A DNA stretch of 64,000 nt from Salpingoeca rosetta (GCA_033442325.1 JAWQFM010000006.1:1609611-1673610); one strand, 5' to 3'. Counted from the first letter of the stretch, positions 30,555 to 44,974 are shown. Made by a program: numbers and translations. Notes: a model not told the origin generated them from the letters alone.

Positions 30555-32627
30555 ATGGCTGCGGCTGCCACAAGCCGACGTGTACGGCCACAAGTGCTGC
30601 TGGCCACGGCTGTGATTGTGCTGGCTTGTCTTGCGCCATGCCCTGCCACGACTGCCCCTGGGGCGGTGGACATTCCTTCATCCGCGCGCATCTTGGTGTG
30701 GGGCGAGGACTTCAATGACGTGCCCATCGCCACGGGTATCGGCAACGACACCACGCCGCCCGCAGGGTCGCTATCCTGGAACATCACCGCTGCACAACCC
30801 CCAGCACCACGAGGCTACTTTAAGGTGTTGTGTTTGTGTCTGTGTGTTGTGTGTCTGTGTGTGTGTGTGTTGTGTGTCTGTGTGTGTGTCGTGTCGTGTG
30901 TGTGTGTGTTGTGTGTCTGTGTGTTCCTGTGCTTGTTTGTCTCTGTTGTGTGACTCGCGCCTCAGCCTCAATGTACAGCTCACTTCTCACACGTTGACCC
31001 CCCCCCCCCTTGTTTAACACCACCACCAATACCACCAACATCGCCGGCGCCAGGTGGTGCCTGTCGCAGCAGGTGCTGTTGACCACGTGCTGGAGGCTCA
31101 TGCGCTGGGGACATCTGCCCGCTGGTCCACGGGTCTCTTTTACACGGAGTGTGCAGTGAACCTGACAGCAGGCATCCACTTGGAGGTGCACGGCACGCTA
31201 CAGCAAGCAGATTCGCTCGTGGTCTACTACCTCACGCGCCACGATGACAGTGGCGGTGGCGGAACAACAACAACAACAACAACAACAGCTGGCACCACTC
31301 TGATCACGCCCACAACCACCACCGCAGCAGCGACGACGACAACAACAACAGCGATACCACAGGCGTCGACGGTGTCCATGAACACGACCGCCGCCGCCAC
31401 CACCACCATGCGTACCAGCACAATGCCGCCGCCTACAGACGGTGGCAGCGGTAGTGGGGTGGACCCAGGCATCTTCCTGCCGCATCAGTCCATTGAAGTG
31501 GCTCGCATCACAGCGGCAACCGTGAAGCAACAACAGCAACAGCAGGAGGGAAATGGCACGGCTGGCGGCGTGTGGGAGGACCACGTTCTCTTCTTCTCGG
31601 ACATCAACGCCAACTACGTGCAGCTGGGTGTGGAGGTGGTGCTGGGAGACACGAGCGACGCGACCTTTGTCATTGACAACATCACCCTGCATGCTGCCGC
31701 CCCGCTTCGTGAGGAGGCGCACTGGTCGCCGTGGTCCCCCATCGCTTGGTCCAACTGGACGCAGTGGGAGCCGCAGGAGTGCAACGTCAACCAGACACGC
31801 ACGCGCACGGGCACGCGCACGCGCACGTGTGTTGTTCCCAACTGCGCACCGCCGGCGTCGACGTGCAACGATGGCGGTGCAAGCGAGGAGGTGGCGCAGA
31901 CGGATGCGCGGCCCGCGAGCGACAACTGCTGTGGCCCCGTGCACGGCGGGTGGTCAAACTGGACCGTCGCGCCGTCGCTGTCTGGTGAATGGACGGAGTG
32001 GTCGCCGGCGCAGTGCGGCGTTGAGCAGCAGCGAACGCGGCAGGTGGTGGCAACGCGCACGTGCACGAGCCCTGCGCCGCTGTGCGGGGGAGCTCCCTGT
32101 GCGGGCAACGCCACCCGCGTGACAACGGAGCAAGACACGCGCACGGCCGCCGACAACTGCTGCCCTGTTGACGGTGGCTGGACTGCCTGGCTCGCTGGAG
32201 AGTGGTCCCCCTGGTCGGCCTTCTCCCCGGACACGTGTGGTGTTGAACAGACGCGCACGCGCATTCGCCGCCGCACGCGTACATGCACGCAGCCGGCACC
32301 GGCTTGCGGCGGACTGCCCTGTCCTGGAAACAGCACACACATCGACACGGAGACGCAGACGCGCAACGCCAGCGCCAACTGTTGTGCAGTAGACGGGGAG
32401 TGGTCGCAGTGGGCGCCGGAGGAGTGGAGCAACTGGTCTGACTACACGCCCAGCGAATGCGGTGTTGAACAGAGGCGGGAACGGCTTCGCACGCGCGTGC
32501 GCACGTGTACGGACCCTGCGCCCGTGTGTGGGGGAAGCGCGTGTGTTGGCTCGCCCACGGCCACAGACACACAGAGTCAAGTGCGCACCGCAGAAGAGAA
32601 CTGCTGCTCTGTCAACGGAAAGTGAGT

Positions 32628-32705
<78 letters not shown>

Positions 32706-35700
32706 CGTGTGTGTGTGTGCGTGCGTGTGTGTGTGTGTGATTGTGTATCGTTGTGTGAACTTTTAGTGCGTGTTCTCGGTGGCGGTCTGTTTACATTCCC
32801 TGCCTGCCGCTGTTGCTGTGATTCATGCGCGCTTGTGTACCCATCCTTTCTGTCTCCCCTCAACCTCCCCCTTCCCCCATCTTTGCAGCTACACGACGTG
32901 GCGTGGTGGCCCCTGGTCTGCGTGGACAGACTACAGCCCTGCAGGTTGCGGGGTCAACCAGACGCGCGCGAGAACACAGGTGCAGACACGCACGTGCACC
33001 AACCCATCGCCAGCGTGTGGCGGACTCGCATGCACGGGACCAGATACGCGCGACTACGTTGATATTGAGTACCGCACTGCCGAGGAGAACTGCTGCCCCG
33101 TTGACGGCAACTTCACCGCCTGGCAGACGAGCGAATGGTCGCAGTGGTCCGCCTACACACCAGACGTGTGCGGTGTTGCACAGAACCGCACGCGTCGTCG
33201 CATACACACGCGCAACTGCACGGCGCCGGCGCCGTCGTGTGGCGGCCGTGATTGTGTTGGCGAGACGCGCGTGGTGGACACGAGAGTTGGCACGCGCACT
33301 GCCGAGGAAAACTGCTGCCCCGTTGATGGCCAGTTTGGGGAATGGCAGGATGGGTCTTGGACGGAGTGGAGTGAGTTTGCGCCAGAGGGGTGCGGCATTG
33401 AGCAGAGCCGCTTTCGGCAGAAGCAGCAAACCCGCGAATGCAACAACCCGCCGCCAAGCTGTGGCGGCGTCTCGTGTTCGGTACGCTGCATGTGTGTGAG
33501 AATGGGAGTAAGTGCGTGTCTATGTCTGTATGTGCGTGTGTGCGCGTGTACATGTGTGCGTGTGCATGTGTGCGTGTGTCTATGTCCGTGTGTCTGTGTC
33601 TGTGTGTGTGTGTGTGTTGCAAACGTGCATGTTTATGTCTGTCTGTGTGCATCATGATCCTTCGTCTTCTCAACCTTCAACTTGACTACCACCACACCTC
33701 ACACACGTGAACACACCACAATTCATACCCGCCGCCACCACCACCACTTTGTTCCAGGGCGAGCGCGTGCGCATCGTGGAGGATGTAGAGCGGCGCGTTG
33801 CTGATGAATACATGGACGGCGGGTGGTCTGACCCCATGCCCGTCTCCGAGTGGACAGAGTGGTCGCAACCCTGGCCTGCAGACTGCGCTGGCCCGCAGAC
33901 ACAGAACCGCACGCGCATGCTCAACCGCACATGCACCAACCCGGCGCCGCAGTGTAACGGCCGTCCCTGCGAGGGCGACGCCACGCTCGTCGACATCCAA
34001 GTGCGCAACGTGACTTGGCAGCCCGTTGACGGTGCCTTTGGGGCGTGGTTCGCACCAGATGGCAGCGAGTGGTCGGCGTGGTCGGCGTTCGACCCACCAG
34101 GATGCGATGTTGCGCAACAGCGAAACAGGACGCGTGTGGAGGTGCGCACATGCACAAACCCCGCGCCGGCTTGCGGCGGCCGTGATTGCGTTGGCGCCAC
34201 CACTCGCATTGCGGTGCAGGTGGAGAACAGGACAGCAGCAGAGTCGTGCGTTCCTGGCTGTGTGCGCAATGCCACATACACCCCATGGCAAGAGGGGTCC
34301 TGGTCTGCCTGGGAACCCCCACTCGATCTCCTTCTCTGCGACACTCCACAGGTGTGTGTGTGTGTGTGTGTGTGTCTGTGTCTGTGCGTGTGTGTGTCTG
34401 TGTGTGTCTGTGTGTGTCTGTGTCTGTGTGTGTCTGTGTGTCTGTGTGTATGTTTATCTCGCCGTCTTGTGTATGTGTGTGACTGTGTGCTTTGTCTGGT
34501 TCGTTTGTTTTACTTGTTGCGTGTGTCATGTGAGATTGCTTCTTTGGCTTTCGTTGCTTTGTCTTGCGAATATTGTTGCATTCAACACACGCTAGCGCTC
34601 GCCCCAACTCACGCTCCCTCTTCCCGTTTGCGTTTCAATGCGTCCTCGCGTTAGGGGCAAGCACGGACCCGCCGCCGCATGCGCGAGTGCGTGGCGCCCG
34701 TGTGCGGTGGACAGCCGTGCACAGAGGACCTGGCAGAGGCAGTGACGGAACAGCGAAGCATGACGCTGCGAAACCTCAGTGCAGACGTGAGCGAATGGCT
34801 GCTGGGCAACTGGAGCGCGTGGACAACACCCAACCCGGGTGACAACTGCCCGCTCGTTTCAAACGTTTGGGTGCGGCGGCGCCAGGATGCGCGCACCTGC
34901 GCCATCCCGCCAAACTCGTGCAACCAAGACGCGTGTGCTGGCGTCTCCACACAGCGCACTGTGCGTGATTGGTCGCTTGGCCCAACAGCACCATCGTCAC
35001 AACCAACGGCACCAACAGTACCAGACGCAGGCACTACCACTACCACCACCGTCACCGCCCCCAACGGCACGACCAGCAATAGCAACAGCACTGCAAGCAA
35101 CCAAGCCGTGTTTCGATCACAGGACTGTTGCGACGGGTTCCAAGGCTGGGCGGTTGTACACATGTCGGAATGGTCCGCGTGGGGTTATCCAGACATTGAC
35201 GCGCTGGGACTGCCGTGCAACAGCACGCACGAAGTGCAGCGCACCCGCTCTCGCAACGTGACTCGCGCATGCGACGCTGCCGGCACACCGTGCGCGTCGC
35301 GCGTGTGTGTTGGCGATGCGCGTGTGGTCGAAGATGACATGCAGACCGTCCCCGTGTCTGCCCTGCAGGATGGCTGGTCGTCGTTTGTGTTTGGCGAGTG
35401 GAGCGACTGGCAGTTTGTCGACACCATCGGCTGTGGGCAGCAACGCGTGCGCGTTTCCAAGCGCGTTGGGGTTCGCACGTGCACGTCACCGTGGCCGTCG
35501 TGCCGCTGCGTTGGTCCACAGACTGTCACAAACGTCCGCAATGAGACCGTGTATGGAGAGGCGACATGCGACAGCGCGTGCCGCGTTGATGGCGGCTGGT
35601 CGCTCTGGGTTTCACAGGAAGGGTCGTGGACACCATGGACGCCATGGCTGCCGAAAGGGTGCGGCGTTGAGCAGCGTGCAAACCGCACGCGCACGCTCGT

Positions 35701-37516
35701 GCGCAGCTGTGTGAACCCGAGCCCTGCGTGTGGCGGGCGGGACTGTGAAGGGCCATCAACCACCGTTGACGTCGCCGCCCGCAAGCGATCTGCAGAGGAC
35801 AACTGCTGCGGTCAGTGTTGGCTGTTGTGGTCGATGTTGTGTGAGGGGTGGGTTGATGTGTTGTTTGTGTTTGTGTGTGTGTGTGTATGTGTGTGTGTGT
35901 GTGTTGTTGTGTGTGTGTATGTATGTGTATGTGTGTGTGTGTTGTTGTGTGTGCAAGAAAGTCGATTGGGCCCGTTCGGCAGGCGAAGCAGTGCGCAAAA
36001 AGCCAAATCTTTTCATGTTCCAAAACCTTCTGCAAAGAAGTCGTTCAACGAATGTACTAATGCACTAAAGTTCATGTCTAGCCGATAAACGGCCAAGCAA
36101 AGAGACTTTCGTACGTGGCCTACAGGACACACCGTCCCATAAAAGTCAGATTCGTAGGCGTCGAACACCTGTCCGCAAATGATAAATTTTTGAATGTCGC
36201 CCATACAACTTCAGCACTTATGTCACTCTCCCAGGTTAATTCATACAATAACCCCGCGAGAGGAGCGTCTTTAGTTCTTCGTAGTGGTCCTAAAGTTGTG
36301 TTGTGTGTGTGTGTGTATGTGTGTGTGTGTGTGTTGTTTGTGTGTGTGTATGTATGTGTATGTGTGTGTGTGTTGTTTGTGTGTGTGTTGTTTTGTGTGT
36401 GTGTGTGTGTTGTTTGTGTTTGTGTATGTGTGTGTATGTATGTGTGTTTGTGTGTGCGTGTGTATGTGTATGTGTTTATTTGTGTGTATGTGCGCGCACA
36501 TTTATGGTTTCTGGCATTGCCTTCTCGTCATCCTGTCATTGACCTGATTTGGTTTGTTCTCATCCTCGTTCTGCGCCATGTTCGTGCCCTGTTGCAACCA
36601 CCAGGCTGCATCACGTGCCAACCTGGCCGCTACCTCGACCAGTTTGAGCCGAGTCGCACGGCGTGTCGCCCCTGTCCTGCCGGCACGGTTGGTGACGGAG
36701 CCCAGTGCGCGCAATGCAGCCCTGGCGTCTATGTGCCTGAAGGGTCGGTGCCAGACTGTGAGCAGTATGCGTGTGAAGAAGGATACACAGACCACGACTT
36801 TGACCCAGCGACGCCGTGTGTTCCTTGCAGCGCCACGGGCTGTCCCTCTGGCTCGTTTCCCCTCTACACATGCACAGCAACACAAGACTTGCGCTGCGCA
36901 CCTTGCCCGCCAGACACGTCAGTTTGTTTGCAGTTGTCATTGCTTGTGTATTTGCTTGCTTGTTTGCTTGTTGGCTTGTTTGCATGTGTTTGTTTGTTGT
37001 TTGCACCTCTTCGTGCGCCTGTGTGTCCCTGCGCCTTGTCCTGCTGCCCCTGTGAACCAGTGCTGCCAAGCCGCACGGCCGCGCAACGACACAGCTCACA
37101 TCACAACACCACCACCAATTGCAATGTGCAGGTTTAGCCCCGATGGCGTGGCATGTCGCGCGTGCGATGCCCCGTGCGAGAACGGCAGCTATGCCGCCTC
37201 GGTTTGCGATGGAAAATCAAACTTCCAGTGCCTCCCATGCACACCAGAGGTACGTCCATTCATTGCATGTTGCGCTTGCTCCACACACTGGAATTGTGTG
37301 CTCATTTCCATGCCGCAAAATACTCGCGCACACATACACACATACACGCACGAGCGCACGTACGCTGCCGTTGTTCTCACTGTGGTGCGGTGACCCTGCG
37401 CGCTTGTCGCCAGTCCACCTGTCCCTTTGGCGTGAAGCGCCCCTGTGAGGCCCTCGTTGACACCACATGCTTTGCATCGCCAGAGGAGGCAAATGCCAGC
37501 AACGACGGTGAGAGCA

Positions 37517-37595
<79 letters not shown>

Positions 37596-38767
37596 CTGGC
37601 TGGCTGGCTGTTTGTGTGTTGTGCTGAGATGATGGGTGGGCATGACCTGGCCCACTCTTCATTTTTGACCTTCGCCGCTGCGTGATGTAAACGTGTATTT
37701 CAGGCGATTCTGGTGGGGCTGGCTTGTCACAGGCATGGTTGATTGTGGTGCTTTGCCTGGGCGGCCTATTTATTGCAACCAACTGCTACTGGGTTGGCCG
37801 CTCATGTAACCGCACGAAGCAATCCGACCTCTACCCAATCAACGAGATGGAGATGTCCACACTCAGCCGCAACGGCGCCGTGGTCAAGCTGCCGCACACA
37901 GCAGGTGCTGTTGCTTCGACGCATTGAGGAGAGGGGGCTGTCTGCCCGTCTGTGTCTGTGTGTACTACGTATCTGTGTATCTGTGTATGCATCCTCGTAC
38001 ACGTTCGCCCGCCCCCTTCTTGGTTGTTTTCGTTTCGTTACGACCCCCTCCCTTCGACCCCCTCCCTGTTACAATGCTACAACCACACCCCTTACACTGG
38101 TTCAAACGCGTTCATACATGTACACATGCACACACCAGGCGTTGCGCCCGTATACGCTGATGGCGATTCCGACTCTGGGCTGGCGGAGACACCGCTGCAA
38201 GCGTGGATGCTGCCTGGTCACAACGCATCGCCAGCCACTGCCCGGCGTGGCGCAGAGCCTGCCTCGGCCAAGCTGGCCAGCCCGCAGCAGAGCGGCGGCA
38301 GCGCACACACGGCAACAACGACCATGACGGCTGCAACGGGCCAGACGAGTGGGGCTGCTGCTGGTGCAAGCAACAGCCAGACCAGTGGTGGCAGCACTGG
38401 TGGCGGGTCGTGGTGGTCGCGGTTCACGCGTCACCGGTCCCGCTCACCAGCGGCCCCGCGGTCGGCAGTGGTGCTGCCCACACGCGATTTCAGCGGCGCG
38501 TACGGCGGCGATGGAGGCCACGTCCACGCCGTGAACACGGGCCACGTAGCGTTGAATCTGCCCATGTACACGGATGCTGATGGGATGCAGGCTGCGCTTG
38601 AGTCGAGAACAACGCCTTCGCCACAGCAGCAGCGGCGGCGGCCGGCAGAACTGCGGGCAACGCAGCGGCGAAAGCCCGGCACGCGCCCAAAGCTGTACAT
38701 GCAAGCATACCAGCCCTCTTCCGCAAGCACCGCGTCCCCGTCCCCACGCCTTCCTCCGCGCCGCATT

Positions 38768-38823
<56 letters not shown>

Positions 38824-38905
38824 CATGTCTTAAGGCTTGCGAATGGACCCAGTGCACAAGCCTACGTATCCGTGTGCTTCCCAACCTTTTCTACATTCTC
38901 CCTCG

Positions 38906-38938
<33 letters not shown>

Positions 38939-39406
38939 CAATGTGCAGCGGGCGACGAGAGCGGGTCGTCCATCTGCAGTGTTGATCCGTCGCCAGACTA
39001 CCTGACGGCAGCAGCAGCGGTGGTGCAGCCAAAGGAGTCCATCTACGCCACAGCCGGCGCAAGCACGCGACGGGCACGTCGCATGACGCAGCGCCTGCAG
39101 CCGTCTGCGGGGCGCAAAGTGGCCGTTGGTGGTGCCAGTGGAAACGGCGCGCACGCCATGTCGCCACACCAAGCCTTTGGCCCCAGCCCAACTCAGGTGA
39201 GCACCGTGGCGGTGATGGTGGTTGTAATTGTTTTTTGGTGGAAATGATGGGCATTGTGATGGTGATTTGCACCCAACAGGGATGAGATGCTGCTGTTGGT
39301 GTGCTGCTGGGCGTGTTGCGACGTTCGCTCAACAACAGCAAAACTCTGCATTCCATTTCCTTTTACGGCATTTGCCTGCCATTGCTGTGCCCCTGTGACT
39401 CACCCG

Positions 39407-39449
<43 letters not shown>

Positions 39450-41506
39450 GCACGCACGGTTGACAGTTTGGCGGCGTTTCCTTGCAGCGAGACGACCATG
39501 GCGATGTGGTTGTGGACGATCGAGAACACAGCAGCGTGCACCCTCATCTCAACCCCAGCAACGCACACCCTGCCCAACACCACCAACACCACCAACGCCA
39601 CACGCGGCGGCGCCAGCCACGCGTCAACCACAGTGACAGCGAAGGTGATGCTGATGCGTCATCGGTGGACTCGGACTACTGCGTCCCTGATGATGCGCGC
39701 GACGTGGAGGACCCGCCGTATGCGCGCGCGAATGACGTTGGCATTTACTCGAGCATGACACGGTCTGGCACGGTGAAGAGCGGGCGGTCAGACGCCACGG
39801 ATGCCACATACGCGCGTGCGGAGGACTTCCCGCAAGCGCTGCCGGCCTCAGCGGTGCACACCTACGCAGAGCCGGTCCGGCCGTGGCGACAACACTCGTC
39901 CACAACCCTGTCGACATCTGGCCAGTCTGTCGCGCGGGATGGTGATCGGAGTCGCGCTCATTTTGGTGGTGGTGATGGTGATGACGGTGACATGGTGTTG
40001 GCGTCTCCAGATGACGTGGGCGGCCGGGAGCGGCGCCACAGCAGCAGCAGCCAGTACGCCAGCTTGTTTGGAGAGGTGCGGGAGGTGGCGGTTGGCAGCG
40101 GCGAGGGCGGCGGGCGCGGTCATGCTGGCCGGGATTCAGACTATGACCACCTCGATCGCTCTGGTGATGTGCGTGGGTCCGTGTGGGCAAACGATGAGCG
40201 GCCCGGCCCGCTTGTGCTGCACGATGATGAGATGGAGGAAGGGTTCTACTCCATCTTCAGCGCGCACGCGACCAACGACGAAGAGGTGCCGGCGCGGGTG
40301 AGGCAGGTGTTCAACAACCTCAAGCGCCAGCACACGCAACCCCACAGCGATGAGGATGATGATGATGATGATGAGGAGGAGGAGGAGGAGGAAGATGAAG
40401 ACGCTGAAGATGACTTTGGTGGGGTTGGTGGTGGGGGCATTGGTGGCGAGCGGGAAGGGGCGCGCCAAGCAAATGGTAGTGGACAGCAACAACTGCAACA
40501 CCAGCAGCAGGCGGAAGGCCGGGGTCGGCGCGGGCGTGGCCGCAGCAGCAGGACCTCTGTATCCAGCCAGGGCGGCTGCACACGCGCTTCGCTAGCGTCT
40601 GAGGAGGATACGTGGGTGCCTGGTGAAGAGGGGCCGATGAATGGGCGTGGTGGTGGGCAGGGGACAGCACCGGCTACGGCCACCACATCTGCGCGCGCGT
40701 CATCATCCGCATCATCACTGCAAGGGGGAAACAGCAAGGCGCTGTCCTCTGCGTCTTCACGGGCATCGGTACTGGCGTCGCACCAAGCCATGCCGCCATC
40801 GACGGCGCAAAGCGGCCGCCAGGTCGGCTCCATTGATGCGTTTATCGCCGCGTTTGCCAAAGACGGCAACAACAACCCACCCAAGGTGCAGCAGCAGCAG
40901 AAGCAGCAGCAACAACAAGAGGATGGTGAGATTGGGACATCATTGACAACAACTGCGACTGCAACAGTGACGGCGACTGCGACGGCGCCAGAGACAGAGA
41001 CAGAGACAGAGACAGCAAAGCCGAAGCAGCGCCGCCTGTCGCTGCGGCGTTCCTCCAGAAAGAAATCCAAGGACAAGAAGAAGAAATCGTCGTCGTCCTC
41101 GTCGTCCTCGTCATCGTCAGCAAAGCCGCGGCCCCGGTCTGAGGCGGACATCCGCCACATTGTGTTTGTCAACTCTGGCGCTGACGACGAGGAAGCTGGC
41201 GGAGCCGATCACCACCACCACCGTCACCATCAGGGTCAGCAGGGGCACCAGGAGCACCAGCAGAGGTCTGGTATGCGAGAGGGCAAGCAGCGGTCGCGGG
41301 GTGGGGGCAAGAACAAGTCGATGACGCGGAAGAAGACAAAGCCGCGGCCGCGGTCGGAGGGCCACGAGTCGCCCGCGAGCGATGTGCCGATGGCCATTCC
41401 CACCGCAACACCTGCCAATCCACCGAAACCAAAACCCCAGCGCGGCACAACCACCTCCACCGACTGGTTTTCTTCCTTTGTGCGCCAACACGCAGGCAAC
41501 GAGTGA
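30555..41506 (+). CDS. Large type I membrane protein: signal peptide, beta-sandwich-like N-domain with mucin insert, ~14 thrombospondin type-1-like repeats, TNFR/GCC2-GCC3-like Cys-rich region, TM, long Tyr-motif-rich disordered tail
   Basis: Signal peptide [18 protein letters not shown]. Repeats VDGxWxxW..WSxW..PxxCGVxQxRxR..RTCTxPAPxCGGxxCxG..[50 protein letters not shown] near 37733-37798. Terminal exon ORF 39482-41506. Confidence 0.85.
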
Positions 41507-42170
41507 TGTGAATGCTTCTGTGTGTGTTGTGCATGTGTGTTTTTTTGTGCCCAGGCGCCCACTTCCACGGTACTACGAAGACCTTCAAGGCAGTTCTCAA
41601 TGTTAAATTACACCTGATGACGCCAAATGACGCCACCCCCACACAAAAAGAAAGAAAAAAAAAGAGAAAAAACCAAAACAGCAGCAGTCCAACCACGCGC
41701 ACACGCACGCTCATTTTCGCGCTGTAAGAGCTGAAAGAGCAGCAAGCAACAGCAGCGAAAGAGGTGAGGCGTTGTGCTGGAGCAACAACAGGAAGTCGCG
41801 GGTTGCTTGTGAAGTGTGATGGGCGGCGGTGGCGGTGGTGAACACCGTTGCGGCCTTTTGCAACAAGGCGTGCACGCTCCGTGCGTGTTCGTTTGCATGG
41901 ACATGTCTATTTCTGTCTGTTGCTTTGAGCGTGTGCACCTGATTATCTGATGACGAAGCCACTGGTTGTGGCTGATGTGTTCATTTCTTCCAAGCGCACT
42001 GTCGCCACAAATCGTTTGACACTGCCGTTCTCATTTCCACGTGCCACCCCCCTCCAATCACACAACCCATACCATATCATATCACACCAACAACAAGCAG
42101 CGATACGTGTTGCCGTGTCAGATCAGATATACCGCGCCTGCTGCGTAACACTTGACTGCGACCCGCAACC

Positions 42171-42187
42171 ATGGCCCGACGTACGTC

Positions 42188-42234
<47 letters not shown>

Positions 42235-43373
42235 TGTGATATGGGGCTGCTTGTTGCCCACTCATCCACCCACTCATCCACCCACACGTTCATTCCACAC
42301 GTTCATTCCACACGTTCATTCGCTGTCACCGACTTGCTCCCTCAATCGACGCAATCCACGCAGGCAAGAGCCGTGATGGCAAGAAGGCCAAAGAGGATAA
42401 GAACGCTGCGGTTGACAAGAACGCCAAGACGGAGGAGGAAGAAGAGAAACTCGAACCAGTCTCCTACTTTGCCCTCTACCGCTACGCCGACGCCTTTGTG
42501 CGTACCACACCCGTGCATGCATGCGTTTATTGATGATGACGTTGCATGCTGCTTGCGTGCATATGTGTAGGTGGGTGGGTGTGTAGGGGTGGATGGGTGT
42601 GTCTGCGCTCACTCTCTTGCACTGCCTTTGCTCCCTCTTACTTTCGCCTGCTCGCTGTGTTTCACGTATACGCTTTGCTCACACACTGCTGTGCATGGCT
42701 CACGCCCAATGCAGGACTGGGTCCTGGTTATCGTTGGATCCCTGTGTGCCCTCGCTCACGGTGCCCTGTCCCCCGCGTTTGTCGTCTTCTTCGGCGATGT
42801 ACGTTGTGTGGGCCGTGTTATTCACCCATGCATACATGCATACATGCGTGCAAGGGCTTGTTTGCTCATTCCAAGCTGGCTCGTGTGCTCCTTTTTGGTG
42901 CTAACCAACCACCACCACCCACGTACCCTCTCTCGCACTCACCATCCATCCCCTACACACACGCGCACACACACACACACACGCACACACACACGCACGC
43001 GCACACTTTCCAGGTGATTGACAGCTTTGGCGCTGATGCCGACCCGGCAGATCTGATTGACAGCGTGGCGCAAACCAGCCTGTACATCCTGTACCTTGCG
43101 TGCGGCGCTGCCGTCACGTCATACTTCCAAGTCGCCTGCTTCACTCTCTCTGCGCAGCGCCAGAGCCTGCGCATCCGCAAGCTGTACTTCAAGGCCCTGG
43201 TACGGCAGGAGATGGCCTGGTACGACCAGCACAAGACCGGCGCCCTCTCCTCCCGCATCTCCAGCGACGTTCCGCAGATCCAAGAGGCGCTCGGCGACAA
43301 GGTCGGCAGCTTCCTCCAGTTCCTCGGCATGTTCCTCGGTAAGCAACACCATGCGCTCGCGGTGCGTGTGGGT

Positions 43374-43425
<52 letters not shown>

Positions 43426-43628
43426 AAATGCATTGCAGTCGGATGTGTAAAGTGCTCAGTGCCGTTTCTAGTGTGCCGTTGTCAGCCCTCACACCTCACC
43501 ACCGCAACACGTTTGCTACCCACACGGACTGTAGCCGGCTTCATTGTCGGCTTCATCTACGGCTGGAAAATGACGCTCGTCATCATCGGCATGGCCCCTC
43601 TCATCGGCATTGGTGCGACAAGACCGCT

Positions 43629-43695
<67 letters not shown>

Positions 43696-43799
43696 CTGTT
43701 CCTGCTGCTGCTTATTGACAGCAGCCGATCATTGTTTCTGTCTTGTCCCCGCAACTGCACACGAACGCGCCGCTGCGACCGCAATCGTGCACCACTGCA

Positions 43800-43856
<57 letters not shown>

Positions 43857-44974
43857 CAGGTGGTGCGCTGATGAGCAAGTACATTGAGCAGGCGTCCTCG
43901 GGCGGGCAGGGCTTCTACGCAACGGCGGGCAGCGTTGCAGACGAAGTGATTCGCATGATCCGCACCGTCATTGCCTTTGACACGCAGGACCGCGAGGTGG
44001 AGCGCTACCACAAGGAGCTCGACGGTGCACGCAAGGCCGGCGAGCACGGCGGTCTCATCCAGGGTTGCGGTGCGTATGCTGGAGAGTGGGGGGAGGGCAA
44101 CGTGCTGCTGTCTGTGCTGTGATGAACACTGGCTGCTCTCAAACCTTTCGACACTCCAACTTGTTTCTCCTTCTCGCACTCACACACACACGCACACACA
44201 CACACGCACACGCACACACACACACACACACTCATGGAACAGGCATGGGCTTTACGTTCTTCATGATCTTCATCTCGTACTCTGTGACGTTCTGGTTTGG
44301 GTCGTATCTCGTTGACGAGGGCGAGCTGACGGCCGGTGAGGTGATTATTGTCTTCTTCTCCGTCATCATCGGCGCCATGTCCCTTGGCCAGGCCGCCCCC
44401 AACATCAAGGTGATGGCCGCTGGCCGCGGTGCTGCGCGCGCCATCTTCGACGTCATTGACCGCCCGTCCGAGATTGACTCGCTGTCCGAGGAAGGCGCGG
44501 TGCCCTCCAAGCTCACGGGCCACATCCGCTTCAAGGACGTGGACTTCACCTACCCGACTCGCCCTGACGAGCAGATCCTGCACAAGCTCAACATCGAGGT
44601 GAAGCCGCAGGAGACGGTGGCGCTGGTCGGCGCGTCCGGTTGTGGAAAGTCCACGACCGTCGCCATGCTGGAGCGCTTCTACGACCCGACGGCAGGCAGC
44701 ATTGAGCTCGACGGAACAGACATCCGCAAGCTCAACATCCAGTGGCTGCGGTCACAGATTGGCCTGGTGAGCCAGACCCCGGTGCTGTTCCCCACCACCA
44801 TCGCAGACAACATTGCGCTTGGCAAGGACGATGCAACAGAGCACGAGGTCCACAGCGCCGCAAGGTGAGGGGAGCAGGGCAGGGCGGGTGTGTTTGTTTT
44901 GTTGCTTGTGTTGGGGAGGGGGAGGGAGGGAGGACGCGCGAGTGGATGTGTGACGGTTTGTGTGACGGTTTGTG

